Positions 29,023-38,714 of a DNA stretch of 64,000 bases are shown here, piece after piece. The DNA comes from a virus. Lineage: Duplodnaviria > Caudoviricetes. Position 1 is the first letter of the stretch. The number at the start of each line of letters is the position of its first letter. Position numbers and translations under genes: made by a program. The stretch lies in the IMG/VR virus record IMGVR_UViG_3300030330_004160, positions 96,001 through 160,000 of that record, one strand, 5' to 3'. The notes under the pieces were generated by a model. That model saw only the letters and a program-made list of their open reading frames with translations. It did not search any database and was not told the DNA's origin.

Positions 29023-29058
29023 TTACGAGAAATAACATATTTAAGGAGAGTTGCTTTA

Positions 29059-31890
29059 ATGCCTACGAAATTTGATTTTATATCCCCCGGAGTCCTTCTC
29101 CGTGAAATTGACCAGTCTACATTGCCACCAGCAGTAGAAGAAGAGGGCCCGATTATCATCGGTAGAACCCGAAAAGGTCCAGCAATGAAGCCTATCAAGG
29201 TTAGAAGTTTAGACGATTTTATTGCTACGTTTGGGCGCCCAGTGCCAGGAGGCGCCACCAACCTCGGAGACGTTTGGAGAGACGGAAATACCGTTGGTCC
29301 AACTTATGCCTCATATGCAGCACAATCTTGGCTTGCTTCTGGCAATTCACCAGTCACAATGGTTAGGCTGTTGGGAGAAGAACTTGTCGCTGGTACGGCT
29401 GGATGGAAAACATCTGGTAGTGCCAACTCTGTTCTGGCTCAAAACGGTGGTGCTTACGGGCTGTTTTTGATTAACTCCGGTACCGCTGGTACTGAAATGA
29501 CCGGTACATTGGGTGCTGTCTTTTATATAGATAGTGGCGAACTTAAGTTGAATGGTAATGACATGCACGGCCATCCCTTCGAAGGATCAGCCGGGTTTGT
29601 AAAAAGTAGCAACACCAACGAGTTTAGAATCGACATCGAAAATGCTTCTGGTAATAATGTAGACAAAATAGTTTTCAACTTCAACAGAAATGATGAAAAA
29701 TACATCAGAAACGTTTTTAATACTAACCCAATGCTTGTTAACAGCGCAATGAACGCTTCGCCAAAAACATACTGGCTTGGAGAGTCTTACGAAAGATCAG
29801 TTTCTTCTAAGGTTTCCTCAACAGGCGCAGGGAATCAGTATGCTATCTTGCTTCCACTGGAAAGTGGTTCTGCTAACTGGGGTCACAACAAGCAGGGAAT
29901 GAAATGCGCCTACAGTGGTTGGACTTTCTCTCAAGACTTTGGTGATGCTGGGAGTTATCAGCCTGAAGATTGTCAGCGTCTTTTCCGAGCAATCGCTCTC
30001 CACGAAGGAGAAGAGATTCAAAAAGAAGTCGTTATTGCGATTGAAAATCTTAAACTTCCAAGCAACCCGTCTGTGGATAACTTTAGTACCTTCACTCTCA
30101 AAGTGCTAGACTTTAACTCAGGGCTGATGCTTGAAGAATACAGCAATCTGAATATGAACCCTGCATCTCCAGATTATATTTTGGCAAGAATTGGAGATAT
30201 GTATCAAGAGTGGGACAACACTAACAGAAGATATAAAATGTATGGAGACTTCCCAAATGTTTCCGATTACATCAGAATTGAAGTCAATAGCGCCATTAGC
30301 GAAGAAGGCCCAGATAACAAGCAGGCTCTGCCGTTTGGATTCTACGGACCACCGAAGCCAAGAGGCTTTATGCTCGCGTCTGGTTCTCAAGCCGCAAGAT
30401 TTGAAGCGGGTTCACCTGATGATCCTCACGTATGGGTTGAGGGAATTGGAAGCACTCCCACTACCCCTGGTGATGGTTCCGATAACTTCATCACCGGAAC
30501 AATGACCGCATATTCCGCAGCATTTGAATGGCCAACGATTCCTTTGAGGACGAATGGTAGTGATGGATATTCCAACAATCCTTACAAGGTTTACTGGGGG
30601 ATTCGACCCACTATTGATGCTAACTCAACCTTAAAAGACCCTGATTATGTTGACTATATTAGAAGATGGAATGCTCCAAACTACAGTTACACCACAGGTC
30701 TTGCCACAGAATACAGTTTTGTTTTCTCTTTGGATGACATTATTGTTGATAGTTCTGCTGGCACCGTTACCTATACCTCTGGTTCTAGAAAAGCCGGAAC
30801 TTCACAAACTGCTCTCAAGGGAGTTACCAATAGTTCCACTAACGATGGACTTATCGATCTCAACGTCAAGCAGTTTGTTATGCCACTGTTCGGTGGATTT
30901 GAAGGGCTTGACATCACAGAGAAAGAGCCTTTCCGCAATGCAATAGTTGCTGACGGAACTGAGTCAACAAACTATCTTCTTTACACCGTTAATAAAGCGA
31001 TTGACAGTGTGGCAGACCCAGAGGTCGCACCAGCCAACCTGATGTTGATTCCTGGTATTCACCAAGCAGCAATCACAAACCGCTTGATCAATACTTGTGA
31101 GAGAAGAAAAGACTGCTTGGCCATTATTGACCTCCAAGGCGACTACGTCCCAGCAGTTGAATCAACTGACACAGCGGCTACTCGCAGAGGTTCTGTGCAG
31201 ACGGCAGTATCTACTCTTAGGGGAAGAAACTTGAACACAAGTTATGCTTGTTGTTTCTATCCATGGGTTCAGATTACCGACAATCTCAATGCTAGCGAAA
31301 GAGTTTGGATTCCTTCCTCCGTCGCAGGACTTGGGGCAATGGCTCAGTCAGAAGCAAAGAGTGAAGTTTGGTTTGCACCGGCTGGGTTTAACCGAGGAGG
31401 TCTTGGAAACCTCGGTGGCGCTCGTGGCCCAAGAGTTGTACAAGCAAGACAAAGACTTGATTCAAGCGAAAGAGATGATCTTTATGAAATAAACATCAAT
31501 CCAATCGCAACCTTCCCGAATGAAGGGGTTGTTATCTTCGGACAGAAGACACTTCAAGTTACCCCATCTGCTTTAGACAGAATCAATGTGCGTCGTCTGC
31601 TGCTGTTCCTCAAGAGCAAGGTTAACGTTATTTCTAGAAATCTTCTGTTCGACCAGAACGTTTCTTCCACATGGGCAAGATTCACCTCACAGGTTGAACC
31701 CCTTCTCTCAGATGTTCAAGCAAGGTTTGGTATCACGGAGTACAAACTGGTTCTTGACGAAACCACTACAACGCCTGATTTGATCGACAGAAACATTATG
31801 TATGCTAAGATTTTCCTTAAGCCTGCACGAGCGATTGAGTACATTGTTGTTGACTTTATCATTACAAGATCTGGTGCGGATTTCGCCTAG
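29059..31890 (+). CDS. Contractile tail sheath protein (gp18-like)
   Basis: SPGV..REID.S, KGP, WFAPAG..RG, INPI, FGQKTL, DRINVRRL. Confidence 0.97.
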   Translation: MPTKFDFISPGVLLREIDQSTLPPAVEEEGPIIIGRTRKGPAMKPIKVRSLDDFIATFGRPVPGGATNLGDVWRDGNTVGPTYASYAAQSWLASGNSPVTMVRLLGEELVAGTAGWKTSGSANSVLAQNGGAYGLFLINSGTAGTEMTGTLGAVFYIDSGELKLNGNDMHGHPFEGSAGFVKSSNTNEFRIDIENASGNNVDKIVFNFNRNDEKYIRNVFNTNPMLVNSAMNASPKTYWLGESYERSVSSKVSSTGAGNQYAILLPLESGSANWGHNKQGMKCAYSGWTFSQDFGDAGSYQPEDCQRLFRAIALHEGEEIQKEVVIAIENLKLPSNPSVDNFSTFTLKVLDFNSGLMLEEYSNLNMNPASPDYILARIGDMYQEWDNTNRRYKMYGDFPNVSDYIRIEVNSAISEEGPDNKQALPFGFYGPPKPRGFMLASGSQAARFEAGSPDDPHVWVEGIGSTPTTPGDGSDNFITGTMTAYSAAFEWPTIPLRTNGSDGYSNNPYKVYWGIRPTIDANSTLKDPDYVDYIRRWNAPNYSYTTGLATEYSFVFSLDDIIVDSSAGTVTYTSGSRKAGTSQTALKGVTNSSTNDGLIDLNVKQFVMPLFGGFEGLDITEKEPFRNAIVADGTESTNYLLYTVNKAIDSVADPEVAPANLMLIPGIHQAAITNRLINTCERRKDCLAIIDLQGDYVPAVESTDTAATRRGSVQTAVSTLRGRNLNTSYACCFYPWVQITDNLNASERVWIPSSVAGLGAMAQSEAKSEVWFAPAGFNRGGLGNLGGARGPRVVQARQRLDSSERDDLYEININPIATFPNEGVVIFGQKTLQVTPSALDRINVRRLLLFLKSKVNVISRNLLFDQNVSSTWARFTSQVEPLLSDVQARFGITEYKLVLDETTTTPDLIDRNIMYAKIFLKPARAIEYIVVDFIITRSGADFA

Positions 31891-31925
31891 GCAACTATAT
31901 ATTATTAAAAAGGAGAATTTTATAA

Positions 31926-32489
31926 ATGGCATTTTGGACTACAGAAGCGCAGATGAGCACCAAGGATCCTAAAAGAGGATTTCGTTTTAGAGTGCAATTT
32001 GACGGGTTGGTTGTTGGACCTATCGTATGGTTTGCAAAGAAAGTAACTAAGCCCAACTTTACGATTACGGAATCTAAGCATTCTTTCCTTAATCACAACT
32101 TTTACTACCCTGGTAGAGTAGAATGGCAGGAGATTTCTCTTACTTTGGTTGACCCTGTTTCAGTTGACGCTGTTAGAAACACCAACGACATGATTCAAAA
32201 AGCCGGCTATAGAGTACCAAATACTCCCCAAGACTATGAAACAATGTCCAAAGGTAAAGCAAAGTCAGCCATGGGCCCAGTTGAGATTGTACAACTAGAT
32301 TCTGATGGCAATGCTTTGGAAACTTGGAAACTTAAGAACTCCTTTATTAAGTCTGTTAAATATGGAGAACTTTCGTATGAAGATGATAACCTTACCGAGA
32401 TTGAACTTGGCCTGCGTTATGACTGGGCTGTTTGTGTCACCAACAACGGTGTTAACGCCTCAGAATCCTTCTTCGATACGCAAGCATAG
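31926..32489 (+). CDS. Tail tube protein (gp19-like)
   Basis: PK..FRF, YYPGR.EW..I.LT..D, LD..G...E.W.L...F...GEL.Y....I.L.LRYDWA. Confidence 0.92.
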   Translation: MAFWTTEAQMSTKDPKRGFRFRVQFDGLVVGPIVWFAKKVTKPNFTITESKHSFLNHNFYYPGRVEWQEISLTLVDPVSVDAVRNTNDMIQKAGYRVPNTPQDYETMSKGKAKSAMGPVEIVQLDSDGNALETWKLKNSFIKSVKYGELSYEDDNLTEIELGLRYDWAVCVTNNGVNASESFFDTQA

Positions 32490-32495
32490 TGAATA

Positions 32496-33443
32496 ATGCC
32501 TTGGTGGGATAGTACTGTAAATCAGCCAAAGACAAAGTCACGTTTTATCGTGTTCTTTGGCGATTTCTTTCTACCAAATATTAAAAGCGTTACCAAACCA
32601 ACAGTACAGTTTGAGACGAAAAGTTACAAGTTGATGAATCATCACTATAACTACCCAGGCACAGTGAAGTGGGATCCGATACAGATCAAGATGGTTTGTA
32701 TGAATCCTTTCGATGTTAGAGATAGCGATGGAGATATTCGCAAAAAAGGTCTAGATACAGCGGATATGTTGTGGGAAATGATCAAGAATACTGGCTATTA
32801 CTATCCCGACACAAAAGAGCACAGCCTTTCCAGAACTGGTAGAGAAAGGACTACAATTTCAACACCAGAAAAAGCATCATCTATTGCTAATGGCTTCGGC
32901 GCTGGTCTGTATGGCGGAACAGGATATCAACCAGGCGGTGCACCATCAAATACTTTTCAAAGAGTCAAGATTATACAAATGTCTACTGGAACCAACCTTT
33001 TTGATATTGAAGGCGCTGTTCCCTTCAAACCAAACAGAAAAACTCCAATAAATCCAGTTGAGCAATGGGAGTTGATAAACCCCCTGATAAAGTCGATTAA
33101 CTTTGGCGATTTGTCGTATGATGATGATGGTTTCGTTGAATATACGATTGACATAGTGTATGATTATGCCAAATACAACAAAGATGATCTAGAGGGAGCG
33201 ATACCTGTTGCTTTTTACGAAGAGTGGCAGTCCTTCTCTTCTGGTCAAGCGCAAGCACTCCAAGAGCAAGCCCAAGCGTTAGCAGGAACAGCCGCTGTGG
33301 CAGAAGATATCGAATCCGCTCCGACCACCCAGCGCAGAGCAGCCCAAAGCGAAGTTGACGCACTGACTGATGATATCTTCGGCGATACATCTGATATTTT
33401 AGGCAGTGGTCCTCCCACAGATTTAAACATTCAATATCCTTAA
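32496..33443 (+). CDS. Second tail-tube-fold protein (tube initiator-like) with acidic tail
   Basis: Paralogous to gp19 (YNYPG.V.W, W.L.NP.I.S..FGDLSY, YDYA). Confidence 0.8.
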   Translation: MPWWDSTVNQPKTKSRFIVFFGDFFLPNIKSVTKPTVQFETKSYKLMNHHYNYPGTVKWDPIQIKMVCMNPFDVRDSDGDIRKKGLDTADMLWEMIKNTGYYYPDTKEHSLSRTGRERTTISTPEKASSIANGFGAGLYGGTGYQPGGAPSNTFQRVKIIQMSTGTNLFDIEGAVPFKPNRKTPINPVEQWELINPLIKSINFGDLSYDDDGFVEYTIDIVYDYAKYNKDDLEGAIPVAFYEEWQSFSSGQAQALQEQAQALAGTAAVAEDIESAPTTQRRAAQSEVDALTDDIFGDTSDILGSGPPTDLNIQYP

Positions 33444-33469
33444 ATAAACTTTTTTTCATAGAGGTGTAA

Positions 33470-34306
33470 ATGAGAAACAATGAACTCCGCTCCGGTGCTA
33501 GGCCAAGCACTGAAAGCGATGGACCTAAGATGCCAAATCCAATGGATTTCATCACACCAACACAGTTCGTAGATCTGCCCTCAGAAGGCAGACTCTATCC
33601 TGTGGGCCACCCACTACACAATCAAGAAACGATTGAGATTCGCTTCATGACAGCAAAAGACGAAGATATTCTGACTTCAAGATCTCTTTTAAAGAAGGGT
33701 ATCGCAATTGATCGTCTGATCGCTAATCTTGTTGTTGATGAAAATATCAACCCATCGTCTTTGCTAGTCGGAGACAGATACGCAATACTTGTTGCCGCTA
33801 GAGCATCAGCATATGGACATTTTTATGAAACAACAGTTAACTGTCCAGCCTGCAATGAGTCATCCGATTACACTTTTAACCTTTTAGAACCGAAAGTCTA
33901 TAATGGTGATGATTATGAAGATTACAGTATCACAAAAAATGATATTGGCAATTATGTAGTTACATTGCCATACACTAAATTACTAGTTGAAGTAAGAATG
34001 TTGACCGGGCATGATGAGGTCAATATGATAAAAAAAATACAAAAAATAAATAAAAACAAAACCGATATTTCTATCTCTGACCAAATGACATCATATGTCG
34101 TTGCGGTCAATGGTTACAAAGAAGCCAATGTTATTAATCATGTTATTAAAAACATTACAGCAACCGAGTCTCGTTACCTTAGAAATGCCTACAAAAGCGT
34201 TACACCCGACCTTAAGGTTAGTGGTGACTTTGAGTGCCCGTCCTGTGGCCATGAACAGGACTTGGAGGTGCCCTTCGGGGCGGACTTTTTTTGGCCTGAC
34301 CGATGA
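33470..34306 (+). CDS. Baseplate hub/tail assembly chaperone (gp26-like)
   Basis: LPS.G..Y, MTAKDEDIL, CPAC and CPSC, ends ...DFFWPDR. Confidence 0.85.
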   Translation: MRNNELRSGARPSTESDGPKMPNPMDFITPTQFVDLPSEGRLYPVGHPLHNQETIEIRFMTAKDEDILTSRSLLKKGIAIDRLIANLVVDENINPSSLLVGDRYAILVAARASAYGHFYETTVNCPACNESSDYTFNLLEPKVYNGDDYEDYSITKNDIGNYVVTLPYTKLLVEVRMLTGHDEVNMIKKIQKINKNKTDISISDQMTSYVVAVNGYKEANVINHVIKNITATESRYLRNAYKSVTPDLKVSGDFECPSCGHEQDLEVPFGADFFWPDR

Positions 34307-34481
34307 TTACATGGAATATGTTTATGAGCAGTTCTTTCTGTTAAAGCACCATGGTGGTTGGTCTATTTTTGAACTTTACAACCTTCCTATAGGGCTACGC
34401 AAGTGGTTTCTTAATCGAATGATTAAAGAATTTGAGAAAGAGAAGGAAAAAGTTGAAGAGGCCAAAAACAACAGGAGATAG
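34284..34481 (+). CDS. gp51-like chaperone extension, probably expressed by frameshift from upstream gene
   Basis: F.L.HHGGWS..ELYNLP..LR.W motif; overlaps upstream ORF at T7 run 34286-34292; no SD before ATG 34311. Confidence 0.7.
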   Translation, partial: TFFGLTDDYMEYVYEQFFLLKHHGGWSIFELYNLPIGLRKWFLNRMIKEFEKEKEKVEEAKNNRR

Positions 34482-34484
34482 GTG

Positions 34485-34512
34485 ATGCCCAAGGGAAACC
34501 TTGGGCATTTTT
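34485..34512 (+). terminator. Rho-independent terminator (GAAA loop)
   Basis: ATGCCCAAGG GAAA CCTTGGGCAT TTTT. Confidence 0.85.
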
Positions 34513-34520
34513 ATTTATAA

Positions 34521-34528
34521 ACTATTTA
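34521..34528 (+). promoter_or_regulatory. Putative late promoter ACTATTTA (tape measure)
   Basis: Immediately after terminator. Confidence 0.7.
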
Positions 34529-34553
34529 TTTCAAGAAAGCATGAGGGCTAGAT

Positions 34554-37043
34554 ATGTCGCAAGGTGACGGAACGCAAACTCCCACTATTGAAGTATCAGA
34601 AGCACAAGTCGAATCGATTCAGGAAATGAATCGTAACCTGAACATCGGCATTGAGCGAATGATCGAACAAAAGAAGATCGAACAAGAACGCTTGAAGATC
34701 TCTGGGGATTTATTAGAACAAAGAAAGGTTGAACTTGATATTGCCGATGGCATTGTAAAAAAGCTACAAGCCGGATTGGAAGAAATTAAGAAAACCGCTC
34801 CACTAAATAAAGATTCCATCAAACAAATGAAAGATGGTGTAGAAGCATTGGCTCAATATGCACCAAAATACGCAGCAGCGGTCACCGCACAGGCCGACGC
34901 CATTCAAGACCATATAGAGCAGATGCTGGAATTAAAAGAGAACTCTGAGGAAAGACTTGCGGCGGAGAAAAAATTAAGAGATATGTACAAAGAAATGGAC
35001 GATCTCTTAGAAGAGTCTGGTGCCAAACTTGATGATGCGTCAAAGAACGCACGATCACTTACGAGTGAACTGTCAGGTGTTGCGAAGTTTTTAGGAATCA
35101 GCGCAAAACACTCAGAAAATGTTAGTGGTAAAATCTTCGACATGATCGTTGACCTTTCCACTGCGGATAGTGAAGAAAAGATAAAAAATATGGGAAAGGC
35201 TCTGAGGAATATGGTGAGACCTTTGAACTTGATCACCTTTGCCATTGATAAGTTTTTCAAACTTGCGATAGATATCGACGATGCAGGAAGGGCATTTCAA
35301 TCAGCAACCGGTTTCACAGGAAACTTTAATGAAGTTTTAAATGAATCTTTGGCTAACACAGCCAAGATGGGAGCCACAATAGCAGATCAATCTGCCGCTT
35401 TGAAGTCTTTAGCCGACAACTACACTGGATTTGAAAAATCGAATAATACTCTAAACGCAGCCTTGATGGAAAATGTTGTAACTATGAGCAAGTTTGGCGT
35501 TACAATGGACACAACAGCCGAAAATATAAACTTTTTTGATCAAGTGATGGGAATGGGCACTGATGCTGCGATGAAAATGTCACAGGAAGTTGTTGCTGCT
35601 GGAAATGCGATAGATGTCTCTCTTACAACAATGGCCGAGAACCTCAAGGCAAATCAAAATCTAATAGCGGAGTTTGGATCTCAAGGGGTCGCACAGTTTA
35701 AAGATTTGGCCGCTCAGTCAAAACTAACTGGTCTAGCCATGGGAGATTTAATCAGAGTCGCAGAAAACTTTGATACTTTTGCAGACGCTGCGACTCATAC
35801 AGCAAAGTTAAATGCTGTCTTGGGGACAAACCTGAGCGCTGTGGGCATGATCAATGCCTCTCATAGTGATCGAATCAACATGTTGAGAGAAGAGATAAAC
35901 TTCCAAGTTGGAGCATTTGAAAATCTAGATCGATACACCAAGAAACTTATCGCCCAACAAATGGGAGTCAACAGTGTAGCCGAAGCCCAAAGACTGTTGA
36001 ATATGGATACGGGCAAATATCTAGAATATCAAAACAATTTAGAAGACTTTACCGCTACACAAGAAGAACTAGCGCAAGTTGCCATGAAGTTTGTTCCTGT
36101 GTTGAAGCAGATAGAAGCAGCCTTGAATGCTGCATTTGCCGAAAATCCAGATTTGATAAAGAATGTCGCTGCTGCCGTACAAGCATTGGTTGACGTCGTC
36201 GTGTTTTTCGTCGACACTGTAATACCAGTGCTTTTAGATTACTGGCCTCTTGTGATAGGCGGCTTCATTTTATTTAAAGGTGTTGGAACAATGGTGGCAG
36301 GAGTCTTCGCAGTAATGTCCTCAGCACTGGGGGCGTTTATTACATCGTCAGCCGCCGCTCCGGCTGCTGCTGGGACTGTGGGAGCATCCATAGAGGGCTT
36401 GGGTGTTGCAATTGGATCCGCAGGAACTGCGGCACTCGCTGGGGCAAAAGGGCTAGCCATAGCAGCCGCTGCGTTTGGCGTGATTGGTGGAGTTGTTGCT
36501 CTTATATTGCCATCAATGGTTGAAATGTTTACATTGATTGTGGAATCACCTCTTGCGCTGTTCGAAGCCGCTGCCGCTTTTGCGGTTATGTCTGGTGCAT
36601 TTGGGATAATGGGAGGAGCCGCTCTATTGGCCATTATCCCAGTTACTGGTTTCTTGGCAGTTTTAACTGGATTTCTTTTGCAAAGCAAAGTACTCAACTT
36701 CAGCAGCGTGGCGCAAGACCTTAGAATTCTTGGAACCAGTTTCAGAGATATAGGGGAAGGTGCCGAAAAATATACTCAAGCATTAGGCGCGATTATGTCA
36801 CTTAAGAGTACAATTGGTGACTGGGGCGGTGATATTTTAATGGCCTCCTCCGAGGGAGACAGAACATCAATATTTGCTGGTAGTTCTGATGTGTTTAATA
36901 ACCTGACTGGTGTGAACAATGTCAATGTAAAAGTTGACATGCCGCAACTTAACCTACCAGATATCAAAGTTGAGGTAAAGATCGACGGCACCCTGCTGGA
37001 TGACAGACTAGCCAGAGTGTCAGCAAACTGGACCAAGCAATGA
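34554..37043 (+). CDS. Tape measure protein
   Basis: Long helical Ala/Gly-rich protein with hydrophobic C-terminal third, following tail chaperone. Confidence 0.88.
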   Translation: MSQGDGTQTPTIEVSEAQVESIQEMNRNLNIGIERMIEQKKIEQERLKISGDLLEQRKVELDIADGIVKKLQAGLEEIKKTAPLNKDSIKQMKDGVEALAQYAPKYAAAVTAQADAIQDHIEQMLELKENSEERLAAEKKLRDMYKEMDDLLEESGAKLDDASKNARSLTSELSGVAKFLGISAKHSENVSGKIFDMIVDLSTADSEEKIKNMGKALRNMVRPLNLITFAIDKFFKLAIDIDDAGRAFQSATGFTGNFNEVLNESLANTAKMGATIADQSAALKSLADNYTGFEKSNNTLNAALMENVVTMSKFGVTMDTTAENINFFDQVMGMGTDAAMKMSQEVVAAGNAIDVSLTTMAENLKANQNLIAEFGSQGVAQFKDLAAQSKLTGLAMGDLIRVAENFDTFADAATHTAKLNAVLGTNLSAVGMINASHSDRINMLREEINFQVGAFENLDRYTKKLIAQQMGVNSVAEAQRLLNMDTGKYLEYQNNLEDFTATQEELAQVAMKFVPVLKQIEAALNAAFAENPDLIKNVAAAVQALVDVVVFFVDTVIPVLLDYWPLVIGGFILFKGVGTMVAGVFAVMSSALGAFITSSAAAPAAAGTVGASIEGLGVAIGSAGTAALAGAKGLAIAAAAFGVIGGVVALILPSMVEMFTLIVESPLALFEAAAAFAVMSGAFGIMGGAALLAIIPVTGFLAVLTGFLLQSKVLNFSSVAQDLRILGTSFRDIGEGAEKYTQALGAIMSLKSTIGDWGGDILMASSEGDRTSIFAGSSDVFNNLTGVNNVNVKVDMPQLNLPDIKVEVKIDGTLLDDRLARVSANWTKQ

Positions 37044-38371
37044 TCAACACATACGCAAAGGAAAAGAACGCTCAGATCTACTTCGCCTCCGACAAAATGG
37101 GCAGCGTGTCTTTCCCAGCGTTTATAAACTCTTACTCAATAGAGGCAGATTACTCAGTGTCTTTGGAAAAAAAAGCAAGTACAAGTAATATACCGTCGGT
37201 TTCACAAGGGGTGACCCTTTTTAGATACAAGGTGGCACTAGATATTCCCTGTGCATCCGTCAGCGAGGCGATGACTAACTACAAAAACTTACAAAACTTA
37301 TTAGATTACATCAAGCACCCAAACAACCCAACTAGTTGGAGAGATTACACATCTTACACCTATGTTCTGCTGTCCAATCTAATACACAATGGCCTATATA
37401 CTGGCCCGACAAGCAGAACTGCAACTTCAGCGGCTTCTATTAAAAAATATGGTGCAAAATGCATCATAAAAACAATGGAGTTCAACCCGGATGTTGAATC
37501 GGGCTTTTTTGACTACAAAGATGGCAAAACCGGCATGTTTTACCCAAAAGCGTATACCGTGAGCCTAGACTTATTATTGATACCTAATTTTGTAAGCAAA
37601 GAGCAGCAAAAACTATCAATCACAGCAATGAATAAACAAGAAACCAATGGCAAAGTTGCTTTTGCGGATAAAGATACAAGATATTGGCCTTTTGGAATCA
37701 AGGTATTTTCTCTAAACACCTCAAATGATATCACAAGAGGAAAAAATGGAACAGATTCATCGGAAAAATATGCTGTGGAGAAAGGTGCAATGATCGGCAT
37801 AGCCCATAAGGAGTATGATTACCACACTGTTTTTGAGGCTTTCTTGAGAGACTACAATTTTAAACGAGAAGCGCAGATCAAACCAGTGATCAATGAGAAT
37901 GGCCAAGTAACACAGTTCAATATCGGGTCAGGTCTAAAGGATTCTACTTATAGTTTAAATTTTGACTGTGTTGCTCACTCTGTTAATGAGGCGCTAACAA
38001 ACTTGGTTAAACTCCAGTACCTTGTGCGCTTTCCAATCAAAGACAAGGAAAAAAAACTAGGTGGCGAGGTCATCGTGTACTTCCAAAATCTAATATCTAA
38101 AAAGCACAGACCGGCATTTGGCAAACGTCTAACATTAGACAAGATACAAAAATATGGTGTAATGTGCGCTGTGACTGGGTTTACTGTCGCTGTTGATAAT
38201 GACATGGGCTATTTTGATTACAAAGGTTTCTTTCTGCCGAAGGTGTTGACTGTTTCGCTTAGTTTGGTTATCACAGACCCTAAAGCAGTAAACGAGCCAA
38301 TGGGCTCAAGCGGGAGTGGAAAATTCAAGAAGTGCAAAGACCCGAAAACTGGTCGTTGGAAAAAATGTTAA
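37040..38371 (+). CDS. Baseplate/tube-initiator-like protein made of two homologous domains
   Basis: YA.EK.A.I...F.AF...S..EA.TN...LQ.L...NLI...I.KYG..C...G.FDYK...PK..TVSL occurs twice. Confidence 0.7.
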   Translation: MINTYAKEKNAQIYFASDKMGSVSFPAFINSYSIEADYSVSLEKKASTSNIPSVSQGVTLFRYKVALDIPCASVSEAMTNYKNLQNLLDYIKHPNNPTSWRDYTSYTYVLLSNLIHNGLYTGPTSRTATSAASIKKYGAKCIIKTMEFNPDVESGFFDYKDGKTGMFYPKAYTVSLDLLLIPNFVSKEQQKLSITAMNKQETNGKVAFADKDTRYWPFGIKVFSLNTSNDITRGKNGTDSSEKYAVEKGAMIGIAHKEYDYHTVFEAFLRDYNFKREAQIKPVINENGQVTQFNIGSGLKDSTYSLNFDCVAHSVNEALTNLVKLQYLVRFPIKDKEKKLGGEVIVYFQNLISKKHRPAFGKRLTLDKIQKYGVMCAVTGFTVAVDNDMGYFDYKGFFLPKVLTVSLSLVITDPKAVNEPMGSSGSGKFKKCKDPKTGRWKKC

Positions 38372-38386
38372 GGAGTACAATAAAAG

Positions 38387-38713
38387 ATGCCAAAATATGT
38401 AAAAAGAACAAAAGCGTTGAATAATGACGAACTGTATGAAGAAATGTTTGAGGATAGAAACATCACAGGCGGAATCACCCAATACAAGACTAAACTAATC
38501 GGACAAGATTTTAAAAATATTAAAACAGAAACCATTAGGCATGTTTGGTCAATGGGTGATCGGTTCTTTAAGTTGTCCCACAAGCACTATGGAACCTATG
38601 ACTTTTGGTGGGTTATTGCGCTATTTAATAGCGTTCCAACTGAGGCCCATTTAAACTACGGAGATGTTATCTACATCCCGGTAAGACCATTGCAGTTGGT
38701 AGCAGAGGTATAA
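38387..38713 (+). CDS. Baseplate wedge LysM-like protein (gp53-like)
   Basis: GDR..KLS..HYG....WWVIA.FN......GD.IYIP. Confidence 0.85.
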   Translation: MPKYVKRTKALNNDELYEEMFEDRNITGGITQYKTKLIGQDFKNIKTETIRHVWSMGDRFFKLSHKHYGTYDFWWVIALFNSVPTEAHLNYGDVIYIPVRPLQLVAEV

Positions 38714-38714
38714 A

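Noticed and set aside
13679-34528. Reading the motif as T4-type ATAAATA promoters on the minus strand
   Set aside because: Copies sit consistently just upstream of plus-strand starts and no minus-strand genes exist to be served
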